From Octopus vulgaris (taxonomy: Eukaryota): a DNA stretch of 64,000 nt. Below are positions 36,788 to 49,220 of this stretch, in pieces (within the stretch, counting starts at the first letter, position 1; every line of letters begins with the position of its first letter). The DNA lies in assembly GCA_951406725.2 (NCBI GenBank), contig OX597814.1, positions 173,476,001 through 173,540,000 on the forward strand, given 5' to 3'. The notes under the pieces were generated by a model that worked only from the letters and a program-made list of their open reading frames with translations, had not been told where the DNA came from and did no database searches. Both the position numbers and the translations under genes were made by a program.

Positions 36788-39700
36788 AGAAGAAGAAGAA
36801 GAAGAAGAAGAAGAAGAAGAAGAAGAAGAAGAAGAAGAGAAAGAAGAAGAAGAAGAAGAAGAAGAAGAAGAAGAAGAAGAAGAAGAAGAAGAAGAAGAAG
36901 AAGAAGAAGAAGAAGAAGAAGAAGAAGAAGAAGAGAAAGAATAAAAATAAGAAGAAAAGGAAGAAGAAGAAGAAGAAGAAGAAGAAGAAGAAGAAGAAGA
37001 AGAAGCGAAAGAAGAAGAAGAGAAAGAAAGAAGAAGAAGAAGAAGAGAAAGAAGAAGAAGAAGAGAAAGAAAGAAGAAGAAGAGAAAGAAAGAAGAAGAA
37101 GAAGAAGAAGAAGAAGAAGAGAAAGAAGAAGAAGAAGAAGAAAAGAAAGAAGAAGAAGAAGAAGAAGAAGAAGAAGAAGAAGAAGAAGAAGAAGAAGAAG
37201 AAGAAGAAGAAGAAGAAGAGAAAGAAGAAGAAGAAGAAGAAGAAGAAGAAGAAGAGAAAGAAGAAAAAGAAGAAGAAAAAGAAGAAGAAGAAGAAGAAGA
37301 AGAAGAAGAAGAAGAAAGAAAGAAGAAGAGAAAGAAAGAAGAAGAGAAAGAAAAAAGAAGAAGAGAAAGAAAGAAGAAGAAGAAAGAAGAAGAAGAAGAA
37401 GAAGAAAGAAGAAGAAGAAGAGAAAGAAAGAAGAAGAAGAGAAAGAAAGAAGAAGAGAAAGAACAAGAAGAAGAAGAAGAGAAAGAACAAGAACAAGAAG
37501 AAGAAGAAGAAGAAGAAGAAGAAAGAAGAAGAAGAAGAAGAAGAAGAAGAAGAAGAAAGAAGAAAAAGAAGAAGAAGAAGAAGAAGAAGAAGAAGAAGAA
37601 GAAGAAGAAAGAAAGAAGAAGAAGAGAAAGAAAGAAGAAGAAGAAGAGAAAGAAAGAAAGAAGAAGAAGAGAAAGAAAGAAAGAAGAAGAAGAGAAAGAA
37701 AGAAGAAGAGAAAGAATAAGAAGAAGAGAGAAAGAAAGAAGAAGAGAAAGAAAGAAGAAGAAGAGAGAAAGAAAGAAGAAGAGAAAGAAAGAAGAAGAGA
37801 AAGAAAGAAGAAGAAGAGAGAAAGAAGAAGAAGAAGAGAAAGAAAGAAGAAGAGAAAGAAAGAAGAAGAAGAAGAGAAAGAAAGAAGAGAAGAAGAAGAA
37901 GAAGAGAAAGAAGAAAAGAAGAGAAAGAAGAGAAAGAACAAGAAGAAGAAGAAGAAGAAGAAGAAGAAGAAGAGAAAGAAGAAGAGAAAGAAGAAGAAGA
38001 AGAAGAAGAAGAAGAAGAAGAACAAGAACAAGAAGAAGAAGAAGAAGAGAAAGAAGAAGAAGAAGAAGAAGAAGAAGAAGAAGAAGAAGAAGAAGAAGAA
38101 GAAAGAAGAAGAAGAAGAAGAAGAAGAAGAAGAAGAAGAAAGAAAGAAAGAAGAAGAGAAAGAAAGAAAGAAGAAGAAGAAGAAGAAAGAAGAAGAAGAG
38201 AAAGAAAGAAGAAGAAGAGAAAGAAAGAAGAAGAAGAGAAAGAAAGAAGAAGAAGAGAAAGAAAGAAGAAGAAGAGAAAGAAAGAAAGAAGAAGAAGAAA
38301 AGAAAGAAGAAGAAGAAGAGAAAGAAAGAAGAAGAGAAAGAAAGAAGAAGAAGAAGAAGAAGAAGAAGAAGAAGAAGAAGAAGAAGAAGAAGAAGAGAAA
38401 GAAGAAGAAGAAGAAGAAGAAGAAGAAAGAAGAAGAAGAAGAAGAAGAAGAAGAAGAAGAAGAGAAAGAAGAAGAAGAAGAAGAAGAAAGAAAAGAAGAA
38501 GAAGAAGAAGAAGAAGAAGAAGAAGAAGAAGAAGAAGAAGAGAAAGAAGAAAAAGAAGAAGAAAAAGAAGAAGAAGAAGAGAAAGAAAGAAGAAGAAGAA
38601 GAAGAGAAAGAAAGAAGAAGAAGAAGAAGAAGAGAAAGAAAGAAGAAGAGAAAGAAAGAAGAAGAAGAAGAGAAAGAAAGAAGAAGAAGAAGATAAAGAA
38701 AGAAGAGAAGAAGAAGAAGAGAAAGAAGAAGAAGGAGAGGAAGAAGAAGAAGAAGAAGAAGAAGAAGAAGAAGAAGAAGAAGAAGAAGAAGAAGAAAAAG
38801 AAGAAAAAGAAGAAGAAGAAAGAAAGAAGAAGAAGAAGAAGAAAGAAGAAGAAGAAGAAGAAGAAGAAGAAGAAAGAAAGAAAGAAGAAGAGAAAGAAGA
38901 AGAAGAGAAAGAAGAAGAAGAAGAGAAAGAAAGAAGAAGAAGAAGAAGAAGAAGAAGAAGAAGAAAAGAAAGAAGAAGAAGAAGAAGAAAAGAAGAAGAA
39001 GAAGAAGAAGAAGAAGAGAAAGAAGAAGAAGAAGAAGAAGAAGAAGAAGAAGAAGAGAAAGAAGAAGAAGAAGAAGAAGAAGAAGAAGAAGAAGAAGAAG
39101 AAGAAGAAGAAGAAGAAGAAGAAGAAGAAGAAGAAGAAGAAGAAGAAGAAGAAGAAGAAGAAGAAGAAGAAGAAGAAAAGAAGAAGAAGAAGAAGAAGAA
39201 GAAGAAGAAGAAGAAGAAGAGAAGAAGAAAGAAGAAGAAGAAGAAGAAGAAAGAAGAAGAAGAAGAAGAAGAAGAAGAAGAAAGAAGAGAAGAAGAAGAA
39301 GAGAAGAAGAAGAAGAAGAGAAAGAAAGAAGAAGAGAAAGAAAGAAGAAGAAGAAGAGAAAGAAAGAAGAAGAAGAAAGAAAGAAGAAGAGAAAGAAGAA
39401 GAAGAGAGAAAGAAAGAAGAAGAAGAAGAAGAAGAAGAAGAAGAAGAAGAAGAAGAAGAAAGAAGAGAAGAAGAAGAAGAAGAAAGAAGAAGAAGAAGAG
39501 AAGAAGAAGAAGAAGAGAAAGAAAGAAGAAGAAGAAGAAGAAGAAGAAGAAAGAAAGAAGAAGAAGAAGAAGAAGAAGAGAAAGAAAGAAGAAGAGAAAG
39601 AAAGAAGAAGAGAAAGAAAGAAGAAGAAGAGAAAGAAAGAAGAGGAAGAAGAAGAAGAAGAAGAGAAAGAAAGAAGAAGAAGAGAAAGAAAGAAGAAGAG

Positions 39701-41915
39701 AAAGAACAAGAAGAAGAAGAAGAAGAAGAAGAAGAGAAAGAAGAAGAAGAAAAGAAAAGAACAAGAAGAAGAAGAAGAAGAAGAAGAAGAAGAAGAAGAA
39801 GAAGAAGAAGAAGAAGAAGAAGAGAAAGAAGAAGAAGAAGAAGAAGAAGAAGAAGAAGAAGAAGAAGAAGAAGAAGAAGAAGAAGAAGAAGAAGAAGAAG
39901 AAGAAAAGAAGAAGAAGAAGAAGAAGAAGAAGAAGAAGAAGAAAGAAGAAGAAGAAGAAGAAGAAGAAGAAGAAGAAGAAGAAGAAGAAGAAGAAGAAGA
40001 AGAAGAAGAAGAAGAAGAAGAAGAAGAAGAAGAGAAAGAACAAGAAGAAGAAGAAGAAGAAAGAAGAAGAAGAAGAAGAAGAAGAAGAAGAAGAAGAAGA
40101 AAGAAAGAAGAAGAAGAAGAAGAAGAAGAAGAAGAAGAAGAAAAAGAAGAAGAAAAAGAAGAAGAAGAAGAGAAAGAAAGAAGAAGAGAAAGAAAGAAGA
40201 AGAAGAAGAGAAAGAAAGAAAGAAGAAGAAGAGAAAGAAAGAAGAAGAGAAAGAATAAGAAGAAGAGAGAAAGAAAGAAGAAGAAGAAGAAAGAAGAAGA
40301 AGAAGAAGAAAGAAGAAGAAGAAGAAGAAAGAAAGAAGAAGAAGAAGAAGAAAGAAGAAGAAGAAGAAGAAGAAGAAGAAGAAGAAGAAGAAGAAGAAGA
40401 AAGAAGAAGAAGAAGAAGAAGAAGAAGAAGAACAAGAAGAAGAAGAACAAGAAGAAGAAGAAGAGAAAGAAAGAAGAAGAAGAAGAGAAGAAGAAGAAGA
40501 GAAAGAAAGAAGAAAGAAGAAGAAGAAGAAGAAAGAAAGAAGAAGAAGAAGAAAGAAAGAAGAAGAAGAAAGAAGAAGAAGAAGAAGAAGAAGAAGAAGA
40601 AGAAGAAAGAAAGAAGAAGAAGAAGAGAAAGAAAGAAAGAAAGAAGAAGAGAAAGAAGAAAAGAAGAAGAAGAAGAAAAGAAGAAGAAGAAGAAGAAAGA
40701 AGAAGAGAAAGAAAGAAGAAGAAGAAAAAAGAAGAAGAAGAGAAAAGAAAGAAGAAGAGAAAGAAAGAAGAAGAGAAAGAAAGAAGAAGAGAAAGAAAGA
40801 AGAAGAGAAGAAGAAGAAGAAGAGAAAGAAAGAAGAAGAAGAAGAAAAGAAAGAAGAAGAAGAGAAGAAAGAAGAAGAAGAGAAAGAAGAAGAAGAAAGA
40901 AAGAAGAAGAAAAAGAAGAAGAAGAAGAGAAAGAAAGAAGAAGAGAAAGAAAAGAAGAAGAGAAAGAAAGAAGAAGAAGAGAAAGAAAGAAGAAGAGAAA
41001 GAACAAGAAGAAGAAGAAGAAGAAGAAGAAAAGAAGAAGAAGAAGAAGAAGAAGAAGAAGAAGAAGAAGAAGAAGAAGAAGAAGAAGAAGAAGAAGAAGA
41101 AGAAAAGAAGAAGAAAGAAGAAGAAAAAGAAGAAGAAGAGAAAGAAGAAGAAGAAGAAGAAGAAGAAGAAGAAAGAAAAAAGAAGAAGAAAAAGAAGAAG
41201 AAAGAAAGAAGAAGAAGAAGAAAAGAAGAAGAAGAAGAAGAAGAAAAGAAGAAGAAGAAGAAGAAGAAGAAGAAGAAGAAGAAGAAGAAGAAGAAGAAGA
41301 AGAAAAGAAAGAAGAAGAAGAAAGAAGAAAGAAAGAAGAAGAAGAGAAAGAAGAAGAAGAAAGAAGAAGAAGAAGAAGAAGAAGAAGAAGAAGAAAGAAG
41401 AAGAAAGAAGAAGAAGAAGAGAAAAGAAGAAGAAGAAGAAGAAGAAGAAGAAGAAGAAGAGAAAGAAAGAAGAGAGAAAGAAAGAGAAGAAGAAGAAGAA
41501 GAAGAAGAAGAAGAAGAAGAAGAAGAAGAAGAAGAAGAAAGAAAGAAGAAGAAGAAGAAGAAGAAGAAGAAGAAGAAGAAGAAAGAAGAAGAAGAAGAAA
41601 GAAAGAAGAAGAAGAAGAAAGAAGAAGAAGAAAGAAGAACAAGAAGAAGAAGAAGAAGAAGAAGAAGAAGAACAAGAACAAGAAGAAGAAGAAGAAGAAG
41701 AAGAAGAAGAAGAAGAAGAAGAAGAAGAAAGAAGAAGAAGAAGAAGAAGAGAAAGAAAGAAGAAGAAGAAGAAGAAAAGAAAGAAGGAGAAGAAAGAAGA
41801 AGAAGAAAGAAAGAAGAAGAAAGAAGAAGAAGAAGAAGAAGAAGAAGAAGAAGAAGAAGAAGAAGAAGAAGAAGAAGAAGAAGAAGAAGAAGAAGAAGAA
41901 GAAGAAGAGAAAGAA
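36788..41915. repeat. ~5.1-kb (GAA)n-based polypurine tract with GAGAAA/GAAA variants
   Basis: The plus strand is almost exclusively A and G. It generates the 1200-1800-aa poly-K/R/E and poly-F/L/S pseudo-ORFs. Confidence 0.97.
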
Positions 41916-42828
41916 GATGATGATGGTGGTGGTGTTGGTGGCGGTGGTGGTGGTGATGGTGGTGGTGGTGGTGGTGGTGGAGGAAGATGGTGAAAGAAGG
42001 AACGAAGAAGGATGAAGTGGAATAAAGAAAATGGCTTAAGACTTTAAACAGAGGAAGCAGGCTTCGGTCGGATCGAAAAGAGAGGCAAAGCAAAAGAAGA
42101 AGCTAGCTATATCTTTAATGGGTCACGCAAGAGGATTCAGCATCGGCGAGGAATCAATTAAGCGTTTCTACTGGTGCTTACCATAGTATCAGTTACATTT
42201 AGCGTGTGTAAAAATAATGTATTTCATCACGGGACTCATCAATCTGTCAAAGAACAAATTGTTTTTCCCTCCTTGCCAGTCATGATAGGCACAAATCCTT
42301 CAATTGCCAAACTACTGTCTCTTTCTTATTCAATTTTATTTCTTTGTCCTTCCTTCGCTTTCGCTTCACATGTACATATCTCGAACAGAGTGAATGCGGT
42401 TTTAATTTCTCTACCGCCTTTTCTTTACCTGCTTGTCTTACTTTATCATATCTTATCTTACCTTATCTTGCCTTAATTTACCAAGTAGGAGCCGTAACTG
42501 ATTGAGTATTTAGAATATCGAGGTATCGAATTGCTTGCCAAGCTGATACGATGTTAGTTTCGTACGCACTGACACCGGTGTTGTGATGTGTTCTGTTTCT
42601 GATAAACACGCTGAACACTGATCGGTACTCAATTTTTACTTAAGCTCTAAGAACCACGAAGATATATAATTCATTTCACCGATACAGTGTAGACAGTAAG
42701 AGATTGTGTAACTTCAAAAGTATTTCTTTGGTTTTGTTGTGCTGATCTTTTCCTGAGTTCAAACTCAGCAAGAGGCAGCACTAAGTATATAAATGATTTT
42801 TTTTTTTTTCATATAAATAAAAATTACA

Positions 42829-43400
42829 ATTCTTTTCTACTCAAGGCCCGAAATTTTGGGGGAGGGAACCAGTCGATTAGATCGACCCCTTTATGTAACT
42901 GTTAATTTATCGACCCCGAAAGGATGAAAGACAAAGTTGACCTCGGCGGAATATGAACACAGAATGTAAAGACAGACGAAATACATATTTCTTTACTACC
43001 CACAAGGGGCTAAACACAGAGCGGACAAACAAAGACAGACAAACGGATTAAGTCGATTATATCGACCCCAGTGCGTAACTGGTACTTAATTTATCGACCC
43101 CGAAAGGATGAAAGGCAAAGTCGACCTCGGGGGAATTTGAACTCAGAACGTAACGGCAGACGAAATACCTATTTCTTTACTACCCACAAGGGGCTAAACA
43201 CAGAGCGGACAAACAAAGACAGACAAACGGATTAAGTCGATTATATCGACCCCAGTGCGTAACTGGTACTTAATTTATCGACCCCGAAAGGATGAAAGGC
43301 AAAGTCGACCTCGGTGGAATTTGAACTCAGAACGTAACGGCAGACGAAATACCGCTAAGAATTTCGCCGGGCGTGCTAACGCTTCTGCCAGCTCACCGCC
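42829..43400 (-). mobile_element. SINE trimer (two tail-A units, terminal tail-B unit)
   Basis: Same units and GAAATA|(G/T)GTATTTCG junctions as the other arrays. Confidence 0.9.
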
Positions 43401-43419
43401 TTTTTTCTTCTTCAAAAAA

Positions 43420-43474
43420 TGAACAACTTTAATCGATTTTCGAACCTTATTGGGTTCTCATCAGAGGCGTCCAC
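43420..43474 (-). ncRNA. Type I hammerhead ribozyme motif with canonical core
   Basis: UGGACGCCU-CUGAUGA-GAACC(CAAUAA)GGUUC-GAAA-AUCGAU-UA-AAGUUGUUCA. 5-bp stem II, palindromic AAUCGAUU stem III, imperfect stem I. Confidence 0.65.
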
Positions 43475-44731
43475 ACCATTCTGACAGTCTCCACAAGATA
43501 TGTAATTCCTTTCACCGATACAGTCTAGACAGTAAAGGATTGTTTAACTGAAAAAGTATTTCTTTGGGTTTGTTTTGCAGATTTTTCCTGAGTTCAAACT
43601 CACCACGAGGCAGCAGCAAATATACAAATGATTTTTCATAAATCAAAAATTACTTATTAACCAGTAATTTTAGACAAGAAACGATATATCTCTCAGCCAC
43701 TTGTCACTGTGAATGCTGGAGAAAGATCCAGTACACTTCGCCTTAAGGTAACATGCTTTCGACAGACAAACAGTAAACACAGAATAATTTTTTAAGAGGA
43801 AAGGAAAATATATTGAATAGGCCCCTGTACTCTATTCTTTTGCAGTTGATCATTGAAATAACACCATCCTGGGGCACTGCTTTGTATCGTAGTCGAATGC
43901 AACGTCAACGTTCTCTGCACTTACTTTAGTGACTTGTGATGGATGAAGGTTAAATTAAACCTCTGTTGTGGTTACGTGGTAGTGTGTTTAATAAATTCCC
44001 TTTGCAACTATGTAGTTTCGGGTTCAGTCCCATCGCGTGGCACATTGAATAAGAGTCTTCTGCTCTAGCTCCGAGCCGAGTAATGCATTGTAAGTGAATT
44101 TGCTATACGGAAACAGTAGGGAAGCCCGTGCATGTGTGTCTGTACGTGTGTTTGCTTTTGTCTTTGCCTTTGTCCCGCACACGCCGTTTGACAACCGCTG
44201 TTGATTTGCTCACGTTATCGTAACTTAGTGGCTTGACAGAAGAGACGAATAAAGTAACGACTAAACCCACCAAGGTAGTGCTTAGCATGGCTGCAGTCCA
44301 ATGACTGCAACAAGTAAAATGAAAATAAGAAAAACCATCGATTTATTTCTATTCGGAATTGAACTAAACTTTGAAGACAACAGCTACAGTCTAATGAATA
44401 AAACTTATTTTACTGATACTTGTTTTATCCATCCCAGCAGAGATGATTAACAAAATCAACGCTAATTGGTTTAAAACACAAAATAAACAGAAAAGAAACG
44501 AAATTACTATAAGCCACATTTCTGTCAACACGAGCCTAACCAGTATTATCCCCCAATTTTTCCACTCGGGATAAAAATACGTCACTTCAGGAGGAAGGAA
44601 TCTCGGGAATTGTGACACTTATGACTTATTCTCAAAATAATTATTAGAGGAAATGAAATATGTTTAACTGGCAATCGAAAATGAATTATCTTTGCCTTAT
44701 ATATATATGTGTGTGGGTATGTATATGAATA

Positions 44732-44794
<63 letters not shown>

Positions 44795-44798
<4 letters not shown>

Positions 44799-45397
44799 CA
44801 TCAAAAAAGTGGCAGCATATTAAAATACCTTTAAAGGTTAAAATTATAAACAACTTATAAACATGGGCAAAAGAAAAATATTCCTATGCCAATATGCTGA
44901 TAACAGACTTTTAAATCGTCAATTTCCACATATTATTATATACCCACTACAGAAATACGTTCTGCTGAAATCGAGGAAAGCTAGCCAAAAGAATTTTCAA
45001 AAAAGTTCGTTATTTCTATATTGAATTAATTTCGGAATTAATCTCATAATAGATTTTTTTTCTTCGTCAGTAGAAAATACGAATAGAAATAAATGAAATA
45101 CTTACATGCGCTCATGGAAAAAAGCCGAAGCAAAAGTCATGCGTACACATATATAAAATCCTTTGGTTAGCCTCAGCACACGTGTGAACTGCTCTCCACC
45201 ACAGCTTATAGTGGTTACCAGTCCCTATAGCGAATAGTAATAAATCTACTACTAATATAGGATTAAGTTTTTTTACAGAAAATGTATGTTATCAGCATAT
45301 TGGCATAGGAATATTTTTCTTTTGTCCTTGTTTATAAGTTGTTTATAATTTTAACCTTTAAAGGTATTTTAATATGCTGCCATTTTTTTAATGAAAT
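44795..45397 (-). mobile_element. (AT)n-flanked 600-bp element with 111-bp inverted ends and an internal hammerhead (probable inverted Penelope pLTR fragment)
   Basis: 44795-44905 is the near-perfect reverse complement of 45287-45397. Microsatellites lie on both sides. Confidence 0.75.
45013..45076 (-). ncRNA. Type I hammerhead ribozyme motif
   Basis: UUUCUA-CUGACGA-A-G..AAUCU(AUUAUG)AGAUU..C-GAAA-UU(AAUUC)AA-UA-UAGAAA. Perfect 6-bp stem I, AUA triplet, partly decayed stem II. Confidence 0.7.
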
Positions 45398-45410
45398 TTT
45401 GTATATATAC

Positions 45411-45479
<69 letters not shown>

Positions 45480-45695
45480 CATGTATGTATGTATGTATAC
45501 ATGTATGTATGTATGTATGTGTGTGTATGAATATAAATATACATATGTACATATATATATGTATAAATGTATATATATGTATATTTATTTGTGTAAGTGT
45601 ATATATTTGTGAATATATATATGTATGTATATATGTATATATGTGTATATGTATGTATATATGTATATATGTGTATATATATGTATATATATGTA

Positions 45696-45728
<33 letters not shown>

Positions 45729-45743
45729 GGTATGTAAAGACCA

Positions 45744-45779
<36 letters not shown>

Positions 45780-45849
45780 TGTATGTATGTATGTATGTAT
45801 GTATGTATGTATGTATGTATGTATGTATGTATGCATGTTTGCTTGTATG

Positions 45850-46940
45850 TATGGCCGAGACACCGGAACAGCATGCTTCTGTGAAATTTTGTTTTCGGCC
45901 GTGGAAAAAAGGCGTCCGAAACAGTTATTATGTTTCAAACAGCTAACAAGGAAGCTGCCATGAGCAAAACATATGGGAAAAGTCATTTGTCACTTGAAGA
46001 CCACTCTCGTTCAGGTTGATCTGAACCTCCCAAACTAATGAAAACATCACGAAAATTCATGAACTGATCTTAGAAGACCGTCGCTGAACAATTGAAAACT
46101 TGTTGATATGACTGGTGTATCCTGGACCTCTTGCCAACGAATTTTGAGCGAGGAATCGCGAATGAAACGAGTTGCGGCAAAATTTATGCCTCGCTTGCTC
46201 ACAGAAGATCAAAGACAATCACAACTTAATGCGTGTCGTGAACTGAAAGAACAGTTGGAAGTTGATCCGAACATTTTTCCAGGGGTCATCACTGCTGACG
46301 AAATCTGGTGTTATGGCTACGAGCCGGAAACGAAGCAGCAATCAAGTCAATGGAAGTGTTCAACGTCACCACGCCCCCAAAAAGCGCTTCGAGTGAAGCC
46401 CAATGTCAAGACGATGTTAATTTTTGTTTCGTTGATGTGAAAGGAATTGTCTACACAGAATTTGTTCCTCCTGGTCAAACTGCTAATCAGACATTTTACT
46501 TGGCAGTTCTGAAGCATTTGCGAGATGCGTTGAGACGAAAACGTCCCGATCTGTGGCAAATTGGAGAGTGGTAGTTTCATCGCGATTATGTGCTTGCGCA
46601 CACCACTTTGAGTTTGAGACAGTTTTTACCGGAAAATGGCATGACCTCGCTTACCCACACACCCTATTCACCGATCTTGCTCCCAGCGACAATTGTTCTC
46701 CCGAACAAAAAATGACTTTCGAGGAAAACGTTTGCAGATGTGGAAGAGGGGAAGAAAAATGACGGAGGCGTTAAAAGGCATCACTTCGCAAGAGTTCCTG
46801 GACTACTTCGAACAGTGGAAAATGCGTCTGGACCGATGCATAGCTTCAAATGGGGAATACATTGAAGGCGATAAAATTGTAAACATATAAAACTGAGTGA
46901 ATAAAATAATATTGCAAAATTGCTGTTTCTTTTGGATATG
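45850..46940 (+). mobile_element. Decayed near-full-length mariner transposase
   Basis: VKFCF, ILEDRR, KFMPRLLT, VITADEIWCYGYEPETKQQSSQW, DVKGIVYTEFVPPGQT, DLAPSD. Several frameshifts. Confidence 0.9.
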
Positions 46941-46944
46941 TGTT

Positions 46945-47013
<69 letters not shown>

Positions 47014-47892
47014 GGGAGGGTTTGAAAGAAAAGGAGATTATGTTGCAAAGTTCAGCTGGTCGAACGACTGCATATAAGCGTTAGTGTGTTTGTCCAGGCA
47101 CAAAAGTCCAGAGTCCTAATATTTTAGAAAAATTGAAGACATGTGTGGCGGGCAAAGAGAAGTTTTGATGTTCATGTCATGCCAAAAGGCAACCAAGAAA
47201 TGTCAGATTTGTAAAACGGTTTCACTGGACTAAAAAGTAATCTTCAACTTTTCAGAACTTCAGCTTTTCATATATATACTTTTCTTAACCTGCAAATCTT
47301 TCACTCAGCTTATAATAAATATGAATAATTCTGGGTCAACATGGGAGCCCCTATATAGTTGCCCGACCTGCAGAAATAGCAACCAAATTTTCCTTAGTTT
47401 TCTTCATCTGTCGCCGATGTACACCAGAGCTCGGAGTCACTGCTAATAGTTTGCCAGACTGTTCCGGGACGTTATAGCCGTCCATATTTTCCAAGGTACA
47501 ATACGTTTGGCAATAAGACGAGATAGTTACGGCTGGAATACCTTTGATTTTACGTCTGTTGCTTGATTAGACTTTATCTGGAGTAAAACGGTTACATTAA
47601 TAACAACAGCATTAGTTTTAGACCACGAATATTTAGAAAAAGATGTTTAAATATTCGACTAAATCGTTTCCTCAGTACATAACAGTTAATCCTGAAATGC
47701 ATGGGCGAGCCACTTGGCCCCTACATTCATTAGCTTCTAATCAACGCAAAGAGACCGAAGATTTCTGAAATGAAAGCTCTGTCCAAACGTCACTAATATA
47801 ATTACGTCATAACCACAATATGGAAAAGTTTAAACTTCTTTGGACTTGAAAATGCTGAAGTCAAATTCATTTTCTTTCTCCCACTTTCTCTC

Positions 47893-47932
<40 letters not shown>

Positions 47933-48449
47933 ACCACTTCTCTCTCTCCTTCTCTCTGTCACATTCACACACATAACATACAGACACATACACATAACAT
48001 GCACACACACAAACACACACATACACGCTCGCAAACACACATAATCACGTAGGCCCGCGTATCTATACACACATACACACACCACTGTGACGCACTCATG
48101 TACACACAGATAGTGGTACACACATGCACAAAGACACACACACAGACAAACGCATACGCACACGCGAGAATGCGTGTCAGAGACAAAATGAGTAAGGTCA
48201 AAAGGACGGAGATGAGAGAATGTGATACACATATACAATCTACACTAACACACACAAATACAGAGTTTCAGACACATTCACACATTTATAACCAAAGTTA
48301 TATGCGGTCATATGTTTTTCAAAAATAGTGATATATGCAGTCTATCGAACATTTAATAAAGAATCTATGTGGCTTTATTACTGAAACTAGCAGCAATATC
48401 TAACAATATTATATCTAGCAAACGAAGTCGGCAAGCTAGAAGAATCGTT

Positions 48450-48600
48450 CGGCCGGAGGTTCACTCGGTTCGTCCGTCGATGAAGAGCGCGGCTATCCGC
48501 ATAAACTGATGCGAATTGCAGGACTCAGAGAACATCGACACTTCGAAGGCACATTGCGGCCCCGGGATCCCATCGTCCCGGGGCTCCGTCCGGTCGATTT
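48450..48600 (+). pseudogene. Dispersed near-full-length 5.8S rRNA copy
   Basis: TCACTCGGTTCGTCCGTCGATGAAGAGCGC...GAATTGCAGGAC...AACATCGACACTTCGAAGGCACATTGCGGCCCCGGG...CCCGGGGC matches conserved 5.8S motifs. No ITS, 18S or 28S context. Confidence 0.92.
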
Positions 48601-48602
48601 TT

Positions 48603-49220
48603 GAAGGCGGCGAGCTGGCAGAAACGTTAGCACGCCGGGCGAAATGCTTAGCGGTATTTCGTCTGCCGTTACGTTCTGAGTTCAAATTCCGCCGAGGTCG
48701 ACTTTGTCTTTCATCCTTTCGGGGTCGATAAATTAAGTACCAGTTACGCACTGAGGTCGATATAATCGACTTAATCCGTCTGTCTGTCCTTGTTTGTCTC
48801 CTCTGTGTTTAACCCCTTGTGGGTAGTAAAGAAATCGGTATTTCGTCTGCAGTTACGTTCTGAGTTCAAATTCCGCCGAGGTCGACTTTGCCTTTCATCC
48901 TCTCGGGGTCGATAAATTAAGTTACGCACTGGGGTCGATGTAATCGACTTAATCCTTTTGTCTGCCCTTCTTTGTCCCCCTCTATGTTTAGCCCCTTGTG
49001 GGCAATAAAGAATAAGAATCGTTAGACCGCCGGGTAAAACGCTTAGCGGCATTTCGTCTGTCTTTACGCTGTGAGTTAAAATTCCGCCGAGGTCGACTTT
49101 GCTTCCATCCTTTCGGGGTCGATAAAATAAGTACCAGTTGCGTACTGGGGTCGATGTAATATAATAGCACCCGCCCCACTTCCCCAAATATTTCAAGCCT
49201 TGTACCTATAGCAGACAGAA
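48603..49220 (+). mobile_element. Tail-A SINE dimer (48603-49013) followed by the remainder of an older tail-B SINE
   Basis: Full head, two units, restart at AAGAATCGTT. The old head remnant is at about 48425-48449. Confidence 0.88.

Noticed and set aside
36588-42093. Four ORFs of 1200-1800 aa
   Set aside because: They are translations of the GAA tract, which lacks stop codons by composition. No domain content.
48450-48600. Functional rDNA unit
   Set aside because: No 18S, ITS or 28S neighbours. It is embedded in SINEs with a TSD.
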